Source: Antechinus flavipes (taxonomy: Eukaryota). From it: a stretch of DNA of 64,000 nucleotides. Of the stretch, positions 34,032-47,936 are shown one piece after another. Made by a program: the position numbers and the translations under genes. Position 1 is the first letter of the stretch. Every line of letters begins with the position of its first letter. The notes under the pieces are model-generated. The model saw nothing but the letters and a program-made list of their open reading frames with translations. It had not been told where the DNA came from and searched no databases. The DNA is taken from contig NC_067403.1 in NCBI RefSeq assembly GCF_016432865.1, positions 254,944,001-255,008,000 on the forward strand, read 5' to 3'.

Positions 34032-37000
34032 ATGGCTGGGGGCGTGGGGCCCAGGCTCAGGGACTTCCTGAGTGGGAGCCTGGCCACCTGGGTGAGGTAG
34101 ACGGGAGGGGAGAGAACTAAGGGGGAGGAGGCTGGAGGGGATGTGGTGCCGAGGTGGGGGAGGAAGGTCCCAGGGAGGTAAGGGCGTCAGGAGAAGGGAG
34201 ATCCAGGCGGTTCATGGCGCTGGGCAGGCTTGCCAGAGCCAGCTGGGGGGCCGGGAGGAGGGTCTGACTGAGTCCAATCTTCTCCCCTCCCCCCCACCCC
34301 ACAGGTGCAGGGCCTGGCAGGGTTGGTTGGGGAGGGGCAGCAGGAGGAAGATGGGGAGGAGGAAGAAGACCTGCCCCTGGCTCCTGAGGACTGCTTCCTG
34401 AGGCTCAGTGACGGCTCTCTGCTGCACCGGGTCATGGGTCTCATGTAAGGGGGTGCAGGGGAAGCCCCAGCCTGGGGCGGGCCTTGGATGTCGGGCAGGA
34501 GATCTGGAGACCCTGGGAGGAGAGGGCCAGGGGTGGGGGGAGGGGGAGAGGAGAGGGCGGGGGGGGGGGGCAGGAAATCACCTGCCCCCGCCTCTGGGTG
34601 ATGTCTGCCCCTCCCCAACAGAGCCCCCAGCTCCCGAGGGAGTCTCCACCTCGGAGGAGTTCAGGGGGGCCCTGGGGCTCGCCGGGTGCGGCGCCTGAGC
34701 CACCTGCAGGCTCGACTGAGAGATTTCTACCAGGTGAGAGGCGGGGCTGGGCACTGGTGGGGGGGGCATAAAGGCAGGGGGGCAGGAGAAGTGGTCACCC
34801 CGACCCCCTTCATAGGGAAAAAGGCGTCGGGTGACAGAGCTTCAGGTCTGGCCGTGTGAGCTCGGGCTGTTCTCAGCCCTCTCTGGGTTCTGTCCCCCAT
34901 GGGGTGTGGATCTGGGGGTGTCGGGGATCCCTGCCGGTTCTCTCACCTCTCTCTCCCCTCAGGAAGAACTGCAGCTGCTGATCCTGGCGCCGCCCCCAGA
35001 CCTCCAGATGCTGGGCTTGGAGCCGCTCTCAGGTACCCCCCCCCGCCCTCCTCCCCCTCCCCCTGTACCCCCTTCCCCTCCCCTTCCCTATTGGCATCTG
35101 CCCGGTCTCCCTGCTCACTTCTTGTTATCTGGGCCTGCAGAGGAAGCCATAGAGGAGCTGGAGGGGATCCTAAAGTTGATGCTGGGGGCTTCTGTGCAGG
35201 TGAGAGAGGAAGGGGGGGCTGGGGGCCCAAGTGAGGGACTGGGAGAGGGGAAGATGGGGAGTCTGGGGGGGCAAGTGGGCAAGTAAAGAGGAGAAGTAGG
35301 GGAGGAGGAGGGAACCTGAGAGGCTCATGAGGAATTGGGGGGGTAGGGGAGGATGGGGGAGTCTGGGGGACCCAAGGGAAAAGAAGTGGGAGAAGCGGGG
35401 GCATCTCTGCAGGCGGATTGGCCGAGGACCCATGCACGGGATCCCCTCCCCCTCTTGTCACAGTGTGAGCACCGGGAGCTCTTCATCCGGCACATCCAAG
35501 GACTAAGCCTGTCGGTGCAGAGTGAGCTGGCGGCCGCCATCCAGGAGGTAGGCCCTGCTCCTGCCTGTCCCTCTGCTCCTCCACCCCCCTCCCCCCTCCA
35601 GCTTCCGAGGGCCCGGCTGGACAGAGCCTACAGTCATCTTGCCTGCCCCTTTTTTTCTCTTTGGGGATACTGAGGCCCAGAGATGGGAAGGCCCCGGGCA
35701 GGGAGCTGGGGAGGGAGACCCAGCCTTGGAACTCAGGCTCTCTGACTATTGCCCAACGACCTCATGTCTCTCCCGCCCCCGCTGTCTCCCAAATGCCCCT
35801 TCCTAGAGCCTGCCTGTGCCAGGCCAGGTGCCAGGCCCCAAAGCAGGGGTTGTCTCCCAGGAGCTTCCATTCTGGGAGGGGAGACCTTGGGCCTAAAGTC
35901 GCAGAGGGGGCTATAGGAAGGGAGCAGGGTTTGGGGCCCAAAGGCCTGGGTTCAAATCCCAGCTTGCTGCTGGTTCCCTGTGGTCTTGGGTGACTGAGCC
36001 TCTATATGCCTCCATTTCCACAGTAGTCAGAGGCCGGCTTCAATGCCCTCACACTAAAATGGAGGCTCTAAATCATTTCTTCACCTGCACGGGAGGGGTG
36101 ACCCCTCTGGGCTCTGAGGCCCGCTGAGGAGACAGAGAGGAGTCTCAGCTGGAGAAGCAGGGAGGGCTTCCTGGAGGAGGGGGCACTGAGGGAGGGCGGT
36201 TTTGGGTTCCAGTCCGGCTGGGGGCCCGCGGCAGAGCAGGGGGACGCCCAGTCCGGGCCGTGTCCCTAGAGGCAGAGGCCGGAGTTCTCGGGCTAGCCCC
36301 AAGCTGGCTCCCCTCCATCCCCAGGTGAGCCAGCCCGGCGCAGGCGTGGTGCTGGCCCTGGCCGGGCCTGAGCCGGGGGAGCTGGCGGGCCCGGAGCTCG
36401 AGCTGCTGCTCCGGAGTCACACGGAGGCTTTGGTGAAGCTGGCGCGGGAGCGGGACCGGGCCGCCCAGGTCTGAGGCACAGGCCAGGATGGGCCCGGGCG
36501 TGGGCAGGGGCGGGCAAACCTGGGGGGCCCCGAGGCCCTGGGGGAGGGGCTGGGATCTGGCAGCGGAGGTTGGGGCTGCAGCAATAATCATAATAGTAAC
36601 CAGTTATTTGGGCATCTGGGGGGCAGAGGGAGTGGTCCTGGGTCCGAGGAGACAGGGGGGGGGGTAGCAGTCTGCGCATTGGGGTAGGGGGAGGAAGAAG
36701 CTCGTGGCGACTCCCAGGCTCACAGGGCGCCGCCTCCACCCTCTCAGCGCCTGGCAGAGACGCTCCAGGAGCAAGAGCTGCTCTCCCTCCAGCCAGAGAC
36801 CCCCCAGAGGGGCCCTCAAGAGGGCCCCCACCACCACCTGACTCTGCAGCTGGCAGACGCCAAGGCCCAGCTCAGGAGGCTGAGGCAGGAGCTGTGAGTG
36901 ACCACGTGGTGGGAGGACGAGGGAAGAGGGCCGGAGCTGGGGAGGGGGCGCTGGAGGGGAGGGGCCAGAACTGGGAGGGTGGGACCAACGGGGGAGGGAG

Positions 37001-40000
37001 TGGGAGGGTGGCGGGAGGGGAGGGGCCAGATCTGGGGGATGGGCGGAGTTAGTGAGAGGGGCTGGGGCCGAGTTCTCAGGGGTCTCCCAGGACCACAGTA
37101 TCTCCTCACAGCCTCCATCCCCCTTTCTCCAGGGAGGAGAAGGCTGAGGAGCTGTTGGACTCCCAAGGAGAGGTGCAGGGGCTGGAGGCCGAGATTCGGA
37201 GGCTGCGGCAGGAGGTAAGGTCCCCCTCCCCATCCCCCCCATCCGTTGCTGCTGCCTCTGGGGCATCCTCCTGCCCGGGCCGCCTGCTCTGCTTCTCCCT
37301 GCGCCCACTCCATCCCTGCCCCCAGGCCTGGCCTCCCTGCGGGACCTCCGGCCCCCTGCGCTGCCCCGGGCTCAGCCTCCCCCTCTCCGCAGACACAGAT
37401 GCTGTCGGGCCAGGCCAGGAGAGCCGCCGTGTACCGAGAGGAGGCAGAGACGCTCCGGGAGCGGGTCGGGCGCCTGCCCCGGCTGCAGGAGGAGCTGCGC
37501 AGGTGCCGGGAGAGGCTCCACGCCGCCGAGGCTTACAAGGGCCAGCTGGAGGTGAGAGCAAGGGAGAGGGGCTGGTCATTAAGCCAGGTCCAGGGGGAGT
37601 CCTTCATTTGACAGATGGGGAAACTGAGGCCCAGAGAAGTGATCTGTCTGAGGGCGCGGCTGATTTATCGCACTGCCTTTCTCAGGTGTCTCACTCTGGC
37701 TCAGGGGCTCAGGGGCAGCAGGGGTGATGGGTCGGCCAGAAAGCCGCGGGTCCCCCTCCTGGCTAGTGCTAGCCGGGAAGGGGGAGCAGATCCCAGTCAC
37801 ATCATGTATGGCAGGCTCTGCACATGTTCACCACCACTAAGTGGGAGCTACTTTATTATGTGTGGGGCCTGCCATGGGCCGAGCTGGCTGGTGGAGAGAA
37901 CACAAGAGCTGAAGCTGGAGGAGCGAGTTCTCGTCCGACTCTGCTGCTAGGGACACACAAGCCCTCTCCTCTCGGGACCTCGGTTTCCCCTTCTGCACGG
38001 TCGGGGGCTTGTAGTGGCCGTTCTCCAGGAGCAGGCCCGTTCCTGATCCGCTCCTTCCTCCCTAGGAGGAGCGGGCCCTGTCCGGAGCACTGGAGGCCGC
38101 CCGCGCGTTGCTGGAGGGGCAGCTGGACGCCGCCCGGGAGCGCTGCTCTCGTCTCCATGAGACCCAGAGGGAGAACCTCTTGCTGCGGGCCCGGCTCGGG
38201 GAGGCCCAAGTGGTGAGGGCAAGGTGACCCCGACCCTGGGTGGCTTCCCCACTGAGTGGCTCCTTTCTCCGTGACCCCCGGCCCAGACAGACACCAGGGG
38301 GCTTCTGGGTGCCGTGTGTGTGGGCCAAGGAGTCCTTTCTCTCTTGGGCGTCTCCAGGAGTTGGAATCCACCCGACAACAGCTGGACAAGCTGGTGGAGG
38401 AGAACGTGGAATTGGAGGCGGAGCTGAGCCGGACCTTGCGGCCCGGCCCCTGCTCTCCCGGGGATGGTGAGAGGGGTCTCCAGAGGGTAGAGGAGGGGGT
38501 GGGGAGCAGCCATTCAGTCTAGTGGGAAGATCCAGTGGGATCTGGAATCAAAGGACCATTTCCTTCCTTATCTCTTTCTGCCTGTACACCCTTGGGTAAC
38601 TCACTCAGCCCCTCCTGGCCTCAGTTTCCCCTACTGGAAAATTTGGTCTTAGCTTCTTAAATTTCTTTTACTCACTTTTTGCCTGAGAAATTTTACACGA
38701 CCCTGGATATGTATATATAAATATGGGCCCACACATCAAACATTTACCGATAATAAACCGTGATTTTGCGGCCCTCACATTCAGTCTGAGACCTCCTATG
38801 GGTAAGGAACCAGTTGCCGAAGCCGGGGTCTAGAAGAGCCTCTCCCGGCCAGAGCTGTACCGAGCAGTTTTGGCTCCTGGGCAAGCAGCAAGAACCCAGA
38901 TCGACTTTGTGACTCATGATGTGGGGAAAAATCACACCAGAAGTAGTTAGGACGGTTTTGGTCGAGCGGGAGGAGAGATCAGTGGCTATAGTGACTCATG
39001 GGTTACCGTAATGCTTCACAGTTGGCTATTATGAACAAGGTTCATTTTCTGTTTTTTTTTTTCCCCCCTGAGGCAATTGGGGTTAAGTGACTTGCCCAAG
39101 ATCACATAGCTAGGAAGTGTTAACGTCTGAGGCCAGATTTGAACTCAGGTCCTCCTGACTTCAGGGCTGGTGCTCTATCCACTGCGCCACCCAGCTGCCC
39201 CCTGTTTTCTGTTTTAACGAATTATTCTTGCTAAGCTGCAGATTCACTGGCTGCCAAGTTCATTTGTTTCTACGCAGTTGTTGTCGCTCTATCAATAAAA
39301 ACTTATTAAGTGTCGGGCACTGGGTTCAAGTTATGAGAGGTCATGGGTTCCATTTTTGCCAAATTTGGGTGCCCAAGAACGGGACTTTGGTGCCTTTCCT
39401 AGTCTAACTCTACCTCTAAATCCGAACCCTCCCTTTTCTGGGCTTTAGCCAAAGGGGTGAAGAGAGGGGAAGACATTGAGTTCCGGGCAGGGCTCAGTCT
39501 TCCTTGAGTGGCCACCAAGGACTCTGTGCCCGTTTGGCAGGGAGGGCTGCAGCTGTGGGCAGAGGGAGGGAAGCTGCCTCTGGGGAGTGGGGCTCTGGAG
39601 CTCTCAGCAGGTCCCGATGTTGCCCCCTTCTCCCTCCTATAGCGCCCCAGCCTTTCTGGGCCCCCTCCCTGCAGGATGAAGTGAGAGCAGTAGAGGCAGG
39701 GCGCCTGCGGAGCTTGGAGCAGGAGAACCGGGACCTGCGAGGTCAGCTTCAGGAGCTGAAGGCAGGGAGATGGAGCCAGGTATGTCAGTACCCGACCCAG
39801 TTCCCAAGACCCCTTGGCCCTATTTCCCGAACCTTGCCCTTCCCCTCTGGTGCCTTGCTACTTCTGGGTGTCTTTCCCAGCCTCCCTTGCCTGAGGTGGA
39901 AGATGAAGAATCAGAGATCGCCAGACTGGAGGAAACCCACCAGGTCTTGGGGCCTTTGGACGTTGCTCATGGCTGTGAAAAATCCCTGCCTCTCGCAGAA

Positions 40001-43000
40001 GGGCCTATGCTCCAGAACTCCGGGCCCTCACACTCCGCAGGGGCCCAGCCGGACGCCTCTGGGGAGGCAGAGAAGCCAGTCCGAGCTCAGGACCCGGACC
40101 CTTTGGCCTTGATCCCACCGCACCCGGAAGGGAAGCTTGTCCAAGAAGAGCTCCAAGGGAAAAGGCTAGAAGGGGAAATGGAGGCTGAGGCCGGGGACTT
40201 GAAAAGGAGGGTCTTAAGGGCCGAGCATGAATCTTTGGGACTGAGGCATGAGGGGCAGCCGGGGGACCAGCCTCCCAGTCCAAAGCTGGAGGCGATGGAG
40301 GGAGAGGAGGAACATGGAGGAAATGAGTCCCTGGTCCAAGACCAGAGACTAGAGTGTGAGCTCCAGGATGAGAAAGAGTCATTTCAAGAGGGGACAGTAG
40401 GGGAAGCTGGGGCCTGGGAAAGGGAACAACAGGCTCTGAAAGCGGAGATAGAGATTCTGAAGAGGGCTACGGAGGCTTTGGAGAAGGAACGGGAATCTTT
40501 GAAGGGAGAGGTGGAGGCTGGGGAGCAGAGGCTGAAGACCTTGAAGGCGAAACATGAAGCTCTGAGAGAAGAGCAAGAAGCCCAGGTTCAGAGACTGGAG
40601 GCTCTGGAAAGGGAGATAGAGAGCCTTCAGCAGGAGCGGGAGGCCCTTCGGGGTGAGCTGGAGGCCCAGGGGAAGAGGCTGGAGGCCCGGGGAGAGGAAG
40701 CTGCCCGACTTGGGGAGGAGCTGGCTTTGGCCAGGAGGGCTGAAGCGGAGGCACACTCTGAGGCTAAAGCTGAGGCTCAGGAACGAGATGGGCTTCGGAA
40801 GGCCCTAGAGGCTGCAGGGCGAGAATTGGAGGCTGCTGGGCGGGAACGAGAGGCTCTGGCAGAGGCTCTAGGAGCTGCTGGACGGGAACGAAGGCAATGG
40901 GAACGGGAGGGACCCAGGCTGCGGGCCCGGGCAGAGGTTGCTGAGCAAAAGCTGCTGGATCTGGAGAGTGAAGCACGAGCCTTGAGGGACCAGGCTGAAA
41001 AGGAGCGGCAGGTGATGGAGACAACGAGAGAGGTAATGGCACCTCATCAGCCACACCTCTGGTCTGAGGCCTGTTGGATCTCCACTCACTCTTTTTCTTC
41101 TTTTCCTTGAGGACCCCCAGCTCCTCCAGACTAGCCATGTCTCCTCTCTTCCTTCACCAAGCAGTGCCAGGTGGCGTAGATACAAGAGTGTTGGGTCCAG
41201 ACCTCGGCTCTATGATCAGCTCTGCCATTGACCAAATGGTTGACTTTGGACTGGTCATTTCCCATCAGGCCTCTGTTTCCCCATCTATACAATAGGAGAC
41301 TAGAATAGTTATTTTTCCCCCTAGCTTTTTTAGTTGTAAGCCCAATTAATTGATTTTCTCTATTTTATTTAAGTAAGCTTCTAGAGATAGAAAATTTCTC
41401 CTAATAACCACTTTGGCTGCATCCCACAAATTTTATGTCATCTCATGGTTGCCATTCTTTTGGATGAAATTATTGATTGTGTCTATGATTTGTTGTTTCA
41501 TTCTTTAGGATTAGATTATTTAGTTTCCAATTAATTTTTAGTCTTCCTTTCCCCTAGCCTTTTATTGCATGTGATTTTTATTGTGTCATGGTCTAAAAAC
41601 ATGCATTTACTATCTCTGCCTTTCTGCATTTGATTTTGAGGTTTTTATGTCCCAATACATGGTCAATTTTTGTATAAGTTCCATGAACCACCAAAAAGTA
41701 AACTCCTTTCTGTCTCCATTCAATTTTCTCCAAAGAGCTATCATATCTTTTCTAAAATTTTATTTACCTCCTTAACTTCTTTCTTATTTATTTTGTGGTT
41801 CAATTTATCTAGTTCTGAGAGAGCAAGGTTGAGATCCCCCACTAGTATAGTTTTCTGTTTATTACTTCTTTGGAGTACTCATAACTTCTCTAGGAATTTG
41901 GATGCTATACCACTTGGTGCATATATGTTTAGCATTGATATTGCTTCATCGTCTATGCTAACCTTTATCAAGATATAGTTTCTTTCCTTATCTCTTTTAA
42001 TTAGATCAACTTTTACTTTCTCTGGATCTGAGATCAGGATGGCTACCCCTGCCTTTTTTTTTACTTCACCTGAGGCATAATAGATTCTGCTTCAGCCTTT
42101 TATTTTTACTCTGTATGTCTCACTCTGCTATAAATGTTTTTTATAAACAACATAATGTAAGATTCTGGCTTTTAACCACTTCTTTTTATGGGAGAGTTCG
42201 TCCCATTTATATTCACAGTTAAAATAACTAATTTTGTATTTCCTGCCCTTTTATTTACCCCAAGTTATGCTTTCCTTTTTTTCCTTTTCCCCTTCCCTCC
42301 TCTCCAGTATTTTGCTTCTGTCCACCACCTCCTTCAAACTGCCCTCCCCCTTTACAGCACCCCCTTTCTTGTACCTTTCTTTTATTACTTCTGTTTTCCC
42401 TTCTATTAGTCTCCCCATTTCCTTTCCCCTTCCCCCTCCCACTTCTCTATAAAGTGAGACAAGTTTCTCCGTGAAACCAAATATTAGACTAGTTCTTTTT
42501 TAAGAAAATGTATTTTCATTCTGAACTTAACATATTAAAAACATACTTAACATGCTAAAAAGAAATAAGCATTTCTACATACTAAAAGGACTGAAAAAAA
42601 GTCTTCCTATCTCTTGTTATGTCCAGCTTGTCTTTTCTTTTTAAGTATATAACACATTCAGCCTGTAGCTTTCAAAGCTGTCCTTCTTGTCTGTGCTTCC
42701 TTGTGGCCTTTCTTTAGTTCTCTTTCTTTGTATTTTAAAAAAGAAATGCCTCAATGACCTTCTTTACCTTCTCCTTCCCTTCCTGACTCTCTTCTGTCCC
42801 TTCTTCTCCCTTTTCCTTTTCTGTCACTTCCTCTTCCTCCCTTTCCCTTTCCCCTCATCTCTTCTTCCCTCCTTCCCTCCCTTCATTTCCTCCAATCCAC
42901 TTTTGTATAGATAGCTCTTGTTCAGAAGGTTTTCCTTACAGAAGGGAAATTTGCTTCTCTGCCGTCTTCCTTTCCTTTTTGTCTTTTAGGTCTAAGCAGA

Positions 43001-43417
43001 AAAAGCTGTAGTGTTGGGGAAACAACTTGCCCGGGTTCACTCAGTTACTAAGTTGCAGAATCTGGGTTTGAATTTAAATTTAGGTCTGCAGATTGCAGGG
43101 ATTCTGTAGTTACTGCCTTCCTTGGGGTTGTAAGCAGAGGCTTGCTGGCTACTTGATGGAACTGCTAGAGTGGGGTTGTAGTCAGGGGAGGTGCTGCCCC
43201 AAAGCATCCCTTGCTCCATGAGGTCCTGGGACTTGCCTGAGATCTGCCTATCTTGTCATTTCTGAGCTGGGACTTGAACCTGGTACCAGGTCCTATAATT
43301 TTACTATTGCATAGTAATAATACTAATAATATATACTAATAATACTACTCTACTACTACTACTCCTCTACTCCTCTACTATTACTACTACTACTACTACT
43401 ACTACTCTACTACTACT

Positions 43418-43459
<42 letters not shown>

Positions 43460-43497
43460 TATTACTACTCTACTACTACTACTACTCTATTACTACT

Positions 43498-43533
<36 letters not shown>

Positions 43534-46500
43534 GAACATGGCCCCATTCCTCCCTCTTTAATTCAGTCAATTAGTTATAAACATGCATTAAGTGCTCACT
43601 GCATGCCTGGCACTGTGCTAAGCCCTGGTAGTTTGCTTGGGCCTCAGGGTAGTGAGGTGCACAAGGCAGGGACTTCTGGCTTCATTTTATAGACAGGGAA
43701 ACTCAGGCTCTGAAGGTCATAGAATGTCAGGGCCAGAACGGGCCTTGAGGGAAATCAACTCACCACAGCCTCTCCCTTGAAAGACTCCCTGGAGACTTGA
43801 TGATAAAGGTCCCGCAGGCTGTGAGCCGCATCTTGAAATATCCAGTCCAAGGCTTCCCCCTGGCTCCCGGCCCTCTCTGTTCCTTCACTGTCCTTCGGTC
43901 CTGCTTTCTTCCTGCAGGTCTCTGCCCTCCCTTTCCTGACAAGTTCCCCTAAACTAAACTGAATGGAATGGTGCTTGACCACCTTCCCTTCCTGGTCCTA
44001 ACCTCCTAGTCTTTGATCACGTAGGAGCTGCAGGGGAGAGTGGTCGAGAGTCAGCAGCTGAAGAGCCAGCTGGAAGAGCTGCGCTTGGAGCTGGAGCAGG
44101 TGAACCAGGATCGGGACAAGCAGCTGAGGGAGCAGGAGAAGCAGCAGGAGAGGTGGGTCTGGGCCCAGGAAGGAGCTGGAGAATGGAGACAGGAAAGAGG
44201 GGAGAGGCAGAAAGAGGAAAGATCAGCTCTGTGCTGGGAGAAGGTTGCCAAGGGAAGGACATTTCAATTTGACGGTGGGATAAACCACTTGAGCTATCCC
44301 AGTGTGGAACGGGCTGCTTCGGAGATAGCGAGTCATCCATCCCTGGAGGTGTTCACCTCTGCATGGCCGCTCAGTGGGCATGTTTGAGGGGGATTCCTAT
44401 CCCAGTACGGTCCCTCTTGCTCTGCAACACTTGAGTCGGGGCCTGGGGCTTTGGGCTGGGAGGGAGATGGCAGAGGGTTTAGCCTTAGAGAGCTGAGATT
44501 GAGGTTTGGAAGTGAGCGCGAGAGGGATGAGTGATGTCCTTCCTCCCCCATCCCCGGACAGGGCGTCCCAAGCTCTGCAAAAGCGTCTGGAAGAAGAGAC
44601 TCGCGTTGCCCTCGCTACCAAGGATGAGGAAATGATGGCTCTAAAGGCCAGGATCCAAGGCCTGGAGGATCAGGTGAGAAGCCGTGACCCTACAGTCACG
44701 GCAGAGTCAGCCTCCACCCCAAAGCCTCCCCTTCTCCTCCTTTGATTTTTTTCCTTACCCCTGTCTGGCCCTTCATTTTTTAAATTTAATTTTTAAAATT
44801 ATTTCTACATCATTACATATGACGTCAATTTCTTGACGTAATACCTCCCCCTTCACGATCATCGTCACAGAAAAGTTCAGCCAAGACAAGCGAGACGGTG
44901 AGCTTGCCTGACGGTGTCTTCGGTGTCCAGCCCCTCTTGCCCTTCACCTCTCTGCAAGGGCGGGAGAGGCTTCGGCTGCTTTCTAGGCCCTAACGGTTTT
45001 TCAGCTGCTTCTCGGGGAACCGTTTTTAACGGTCTCTTCATTTAAGTTGTTGCTCATTCTTTTGGCTTTGCTTACTTCCCTCTGAATCAGTCCATCCAGA
45101 TCGCATGCTTCTCAGAAGCCCTCAGTCATCCCTCCATTTTCTTAGGCTTAAAGTTTAGGTGGCTAGGTGGCTCAGCAGATACAATGCCAGGCCTGGAGTT
45201 CAAATGCAGCCTCAGTTGTATGCTAGCTGCATGACCCTAGGCAAGTGACTTTACTCTGCTTGCCTCAGTTTCCACATCTGTAAAATGAGATGAAGAAGAA
45301 CTTGAGAATTTTTGCCACAAAACCCCATTTCCAGTGATGAGGGGCCTGATCCGCTGGTGGGCGGCCCCCTTTGTAGGGTCAATGACATTCAGTGGTTTAT
45401 TACGATTCCTCATTGAGCTGATCCATGGGTTGATTGATAAGCATGTTATTGTTTCTATGCGTCAGACACCGTGTTAGGTGCCGGAATCAGGTCTTCCCTC
45501 AAGCTGGCATTTTATTGGACGAGACAGTTTATAGATATGTGTCTGTGTGAATGCCTCCGTGTACATTATGCATGTGGACGTGCACATAGAACAGACCAGA
45601 CGAGACGCACTTGAGGGGGAAGTGAGGCTGGGGGGGAGGGGGAGCCCAGAGAACTTTGAAGGGTCTGCGCATGCTGGGGAGGGGGGAGTTTAGGGGAGAG
45701 AACACTCCAAGCCTGGGAGACAGGGAAGGCCAAGGGGACAAGACTGGGTGTGGAGGGGGCTTAATTCTAGTGCGGGGAGGAGAAAGCTGGGGCGGGGGGC
45801 AGGGAGTGGGGAGTTTTCAAGGCCGAAGCATGGGGCTTGTCAGGATTGCTGAGAAGGGACCTGAGTTTTTGGTAGATCCCTTTGGCCACAGAATGAAGGA
45901 TGCACTGGCCTGGCCTGGGAGGTAGGGTGGCTCAATAAGAGCCTACTGCCATAGGACAGGTGAGAGATGATGGGAGCCTGAGCCCAGGCTTGTCTAATGG
46001 GGTGCAGGATCTTGATCTCTGGAAGGCTGCTCTCCTTCCTTTTGGCTCCCCCTCCTCCCTCTAGTGCTGACCCCGGGGGCTGTCCTCCTCAATCCCCCCT
46101 CCTCCCTCCAATGCTGACCTCGTGGGCTGCTCTCCTTGGTCCCCCCCCTCCAGTGCTGACCCCATGGGCTGCTCTCCTTGGTCCCCCCTCCTCCCTTCAC
46201 TGCTGACCCCATGAGCTGTCCTTCTCCTTGGTCCCCCCTCCTCCCTCCAGTGCTGACTTCATGGGCTGCTCTCCTTGGTCCCACCTCTTCCTTCCCCCCT
46301 CCTCCCTCCAGTGCTGACCCTGTGGGCTGCCCTCCTTGGTCCCCCCTCCTCCCTCCAGTGCGGACCTCGTGGGCTGCTCTCCTTGGTCCCACCTCTTCCT
46401 TCCCCCCTCTTCCCTCCAGTGCTGACCCCATGGGCTGCCCTCCTTGGTCCCCCCTCCTCCCTCCAGTGCTGACCCCGTAGGCTGCCCTCCTTGGTCCCCC

Positions 46501-47897
46501 CTCCTCCCTCCAGTGCTGACCCCATGAGCTGTCCCTCTCCTTGGTCCCCCCCTCCCTCCAGTGCTGACCCCGTGGGCTGCTCTCCTGCAGCTCCAGCACC
46601 AGGCTTCCTTGAGGCTGAAGGCAGAGGACCCCCCTGGGCCAGGGAGAGCCGCAGAGGCCCCCGCTGCAGCCGAGGCGGTCCAGGAGACCCTGAGTGGGCG
46701 GCTCATCGCGGTGGAGCGCAGTGTGAGTTGGGGCTTGGCAGGGCTGTGCTGGGACGGGTGAGTTGACGGAACCTAACCCTACTTCTCCTCCCTGGACAGA
46801 ACGCAGCCCTGGCGGCCGAGAAGGCTTCTCTGCAGGGGCAGCTGAGGCAGTTGGAGGGCCAGCTGGGGACTCTGCAGGGCCGGGTCCAGGAGTTGCAGCT
46901 GCAGAGCAGCCGGGCTCAGGAGCACAGCAGCCACCTCCAGGTGAGTCCCCGGCCCAGCCAGGGAGGACCCTTCTGCCCTCTGGGACGGTCCCTTTCTTCC
47001 TCTCTTCCCTGTCCCCGCACAGTCAGTCAGGGGGGCTGGGCGCTGCTCACTAGGTGACTTTTGGCACATGTTTTGATGAGCCTTCATTTCCAGGTGACTG
47101 CTGGATTCCCTATGACCCCATGCTCATCTTCAGCCTTCACCTTCTCATCCTTCTCATCTCCTCTCTGTGCCACGCTCCTCTCTTTTCCGCCCTCCCTCTT
47201 CCTTTCTCTCTCCATCAAGGGAAACATAAGATCTAGGAATAAAGGTGGGTCTCAGTGGACCTCCGTCTTGATCTGACAGCCTCTGGATACTTTTTTCTCC
47301 CTTCTTTTAAAACTTTTTTTTTTATTTTTCAAGTAACTAGTATTTAAAAAACAAATCTGTCCCTTCTCTCTCTCTCCCTTTCCTCCATCAAACTTTTTTT
47401 CCTTTTTTCTGAGACAATTGGGGTTAAGTGACTTGCCCAGGATCACACAGCTAGGAAGTGTTAAGTATTTGAGGGAAGATTTGAACTCAGGTCTGGTCCT
47501 CTATCCATTGCACCCTCTAGCTGCCCCATTCAAACAAACTTTCAAAAATAAAGCAAAAACTTTACCAAAAATAAAACTCACCACATCAGAAACCATGTCT
47601 CTTTCTGCATTTGTCCCCTCTCAGGGAGGAGAATTTTGACATTTTCCTTCATTTGGCCTCGTGCCTTACCATTGTCTCCATCGGAGTTAGTTCTGAAGTC
47701 TCTCAAAGTCCTTTTTTTCTATAATATTGTCACTGTATAAAGTATCCTCCTGCCTCTGCTCTCTTTCTTCTGCTTCTGTTTGTACTACCCAGAATTCCCT
47801 GTAAATCTCTCATTAATTTTTTACACAATAGGATTCCACTCCCTATATCCACCACAATTTGTTTAGCGGTTCCCCAAGAGGAAATCCCTTTTTTGGT

Positions 47898-47936
<39 letters not shown>

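Noticed and set aside
45994-46766. Several 65-200 aa ORFs over the minisatellite
   Set aside because: Repeat-derived. Only 46591-46722 is supported as an exon.
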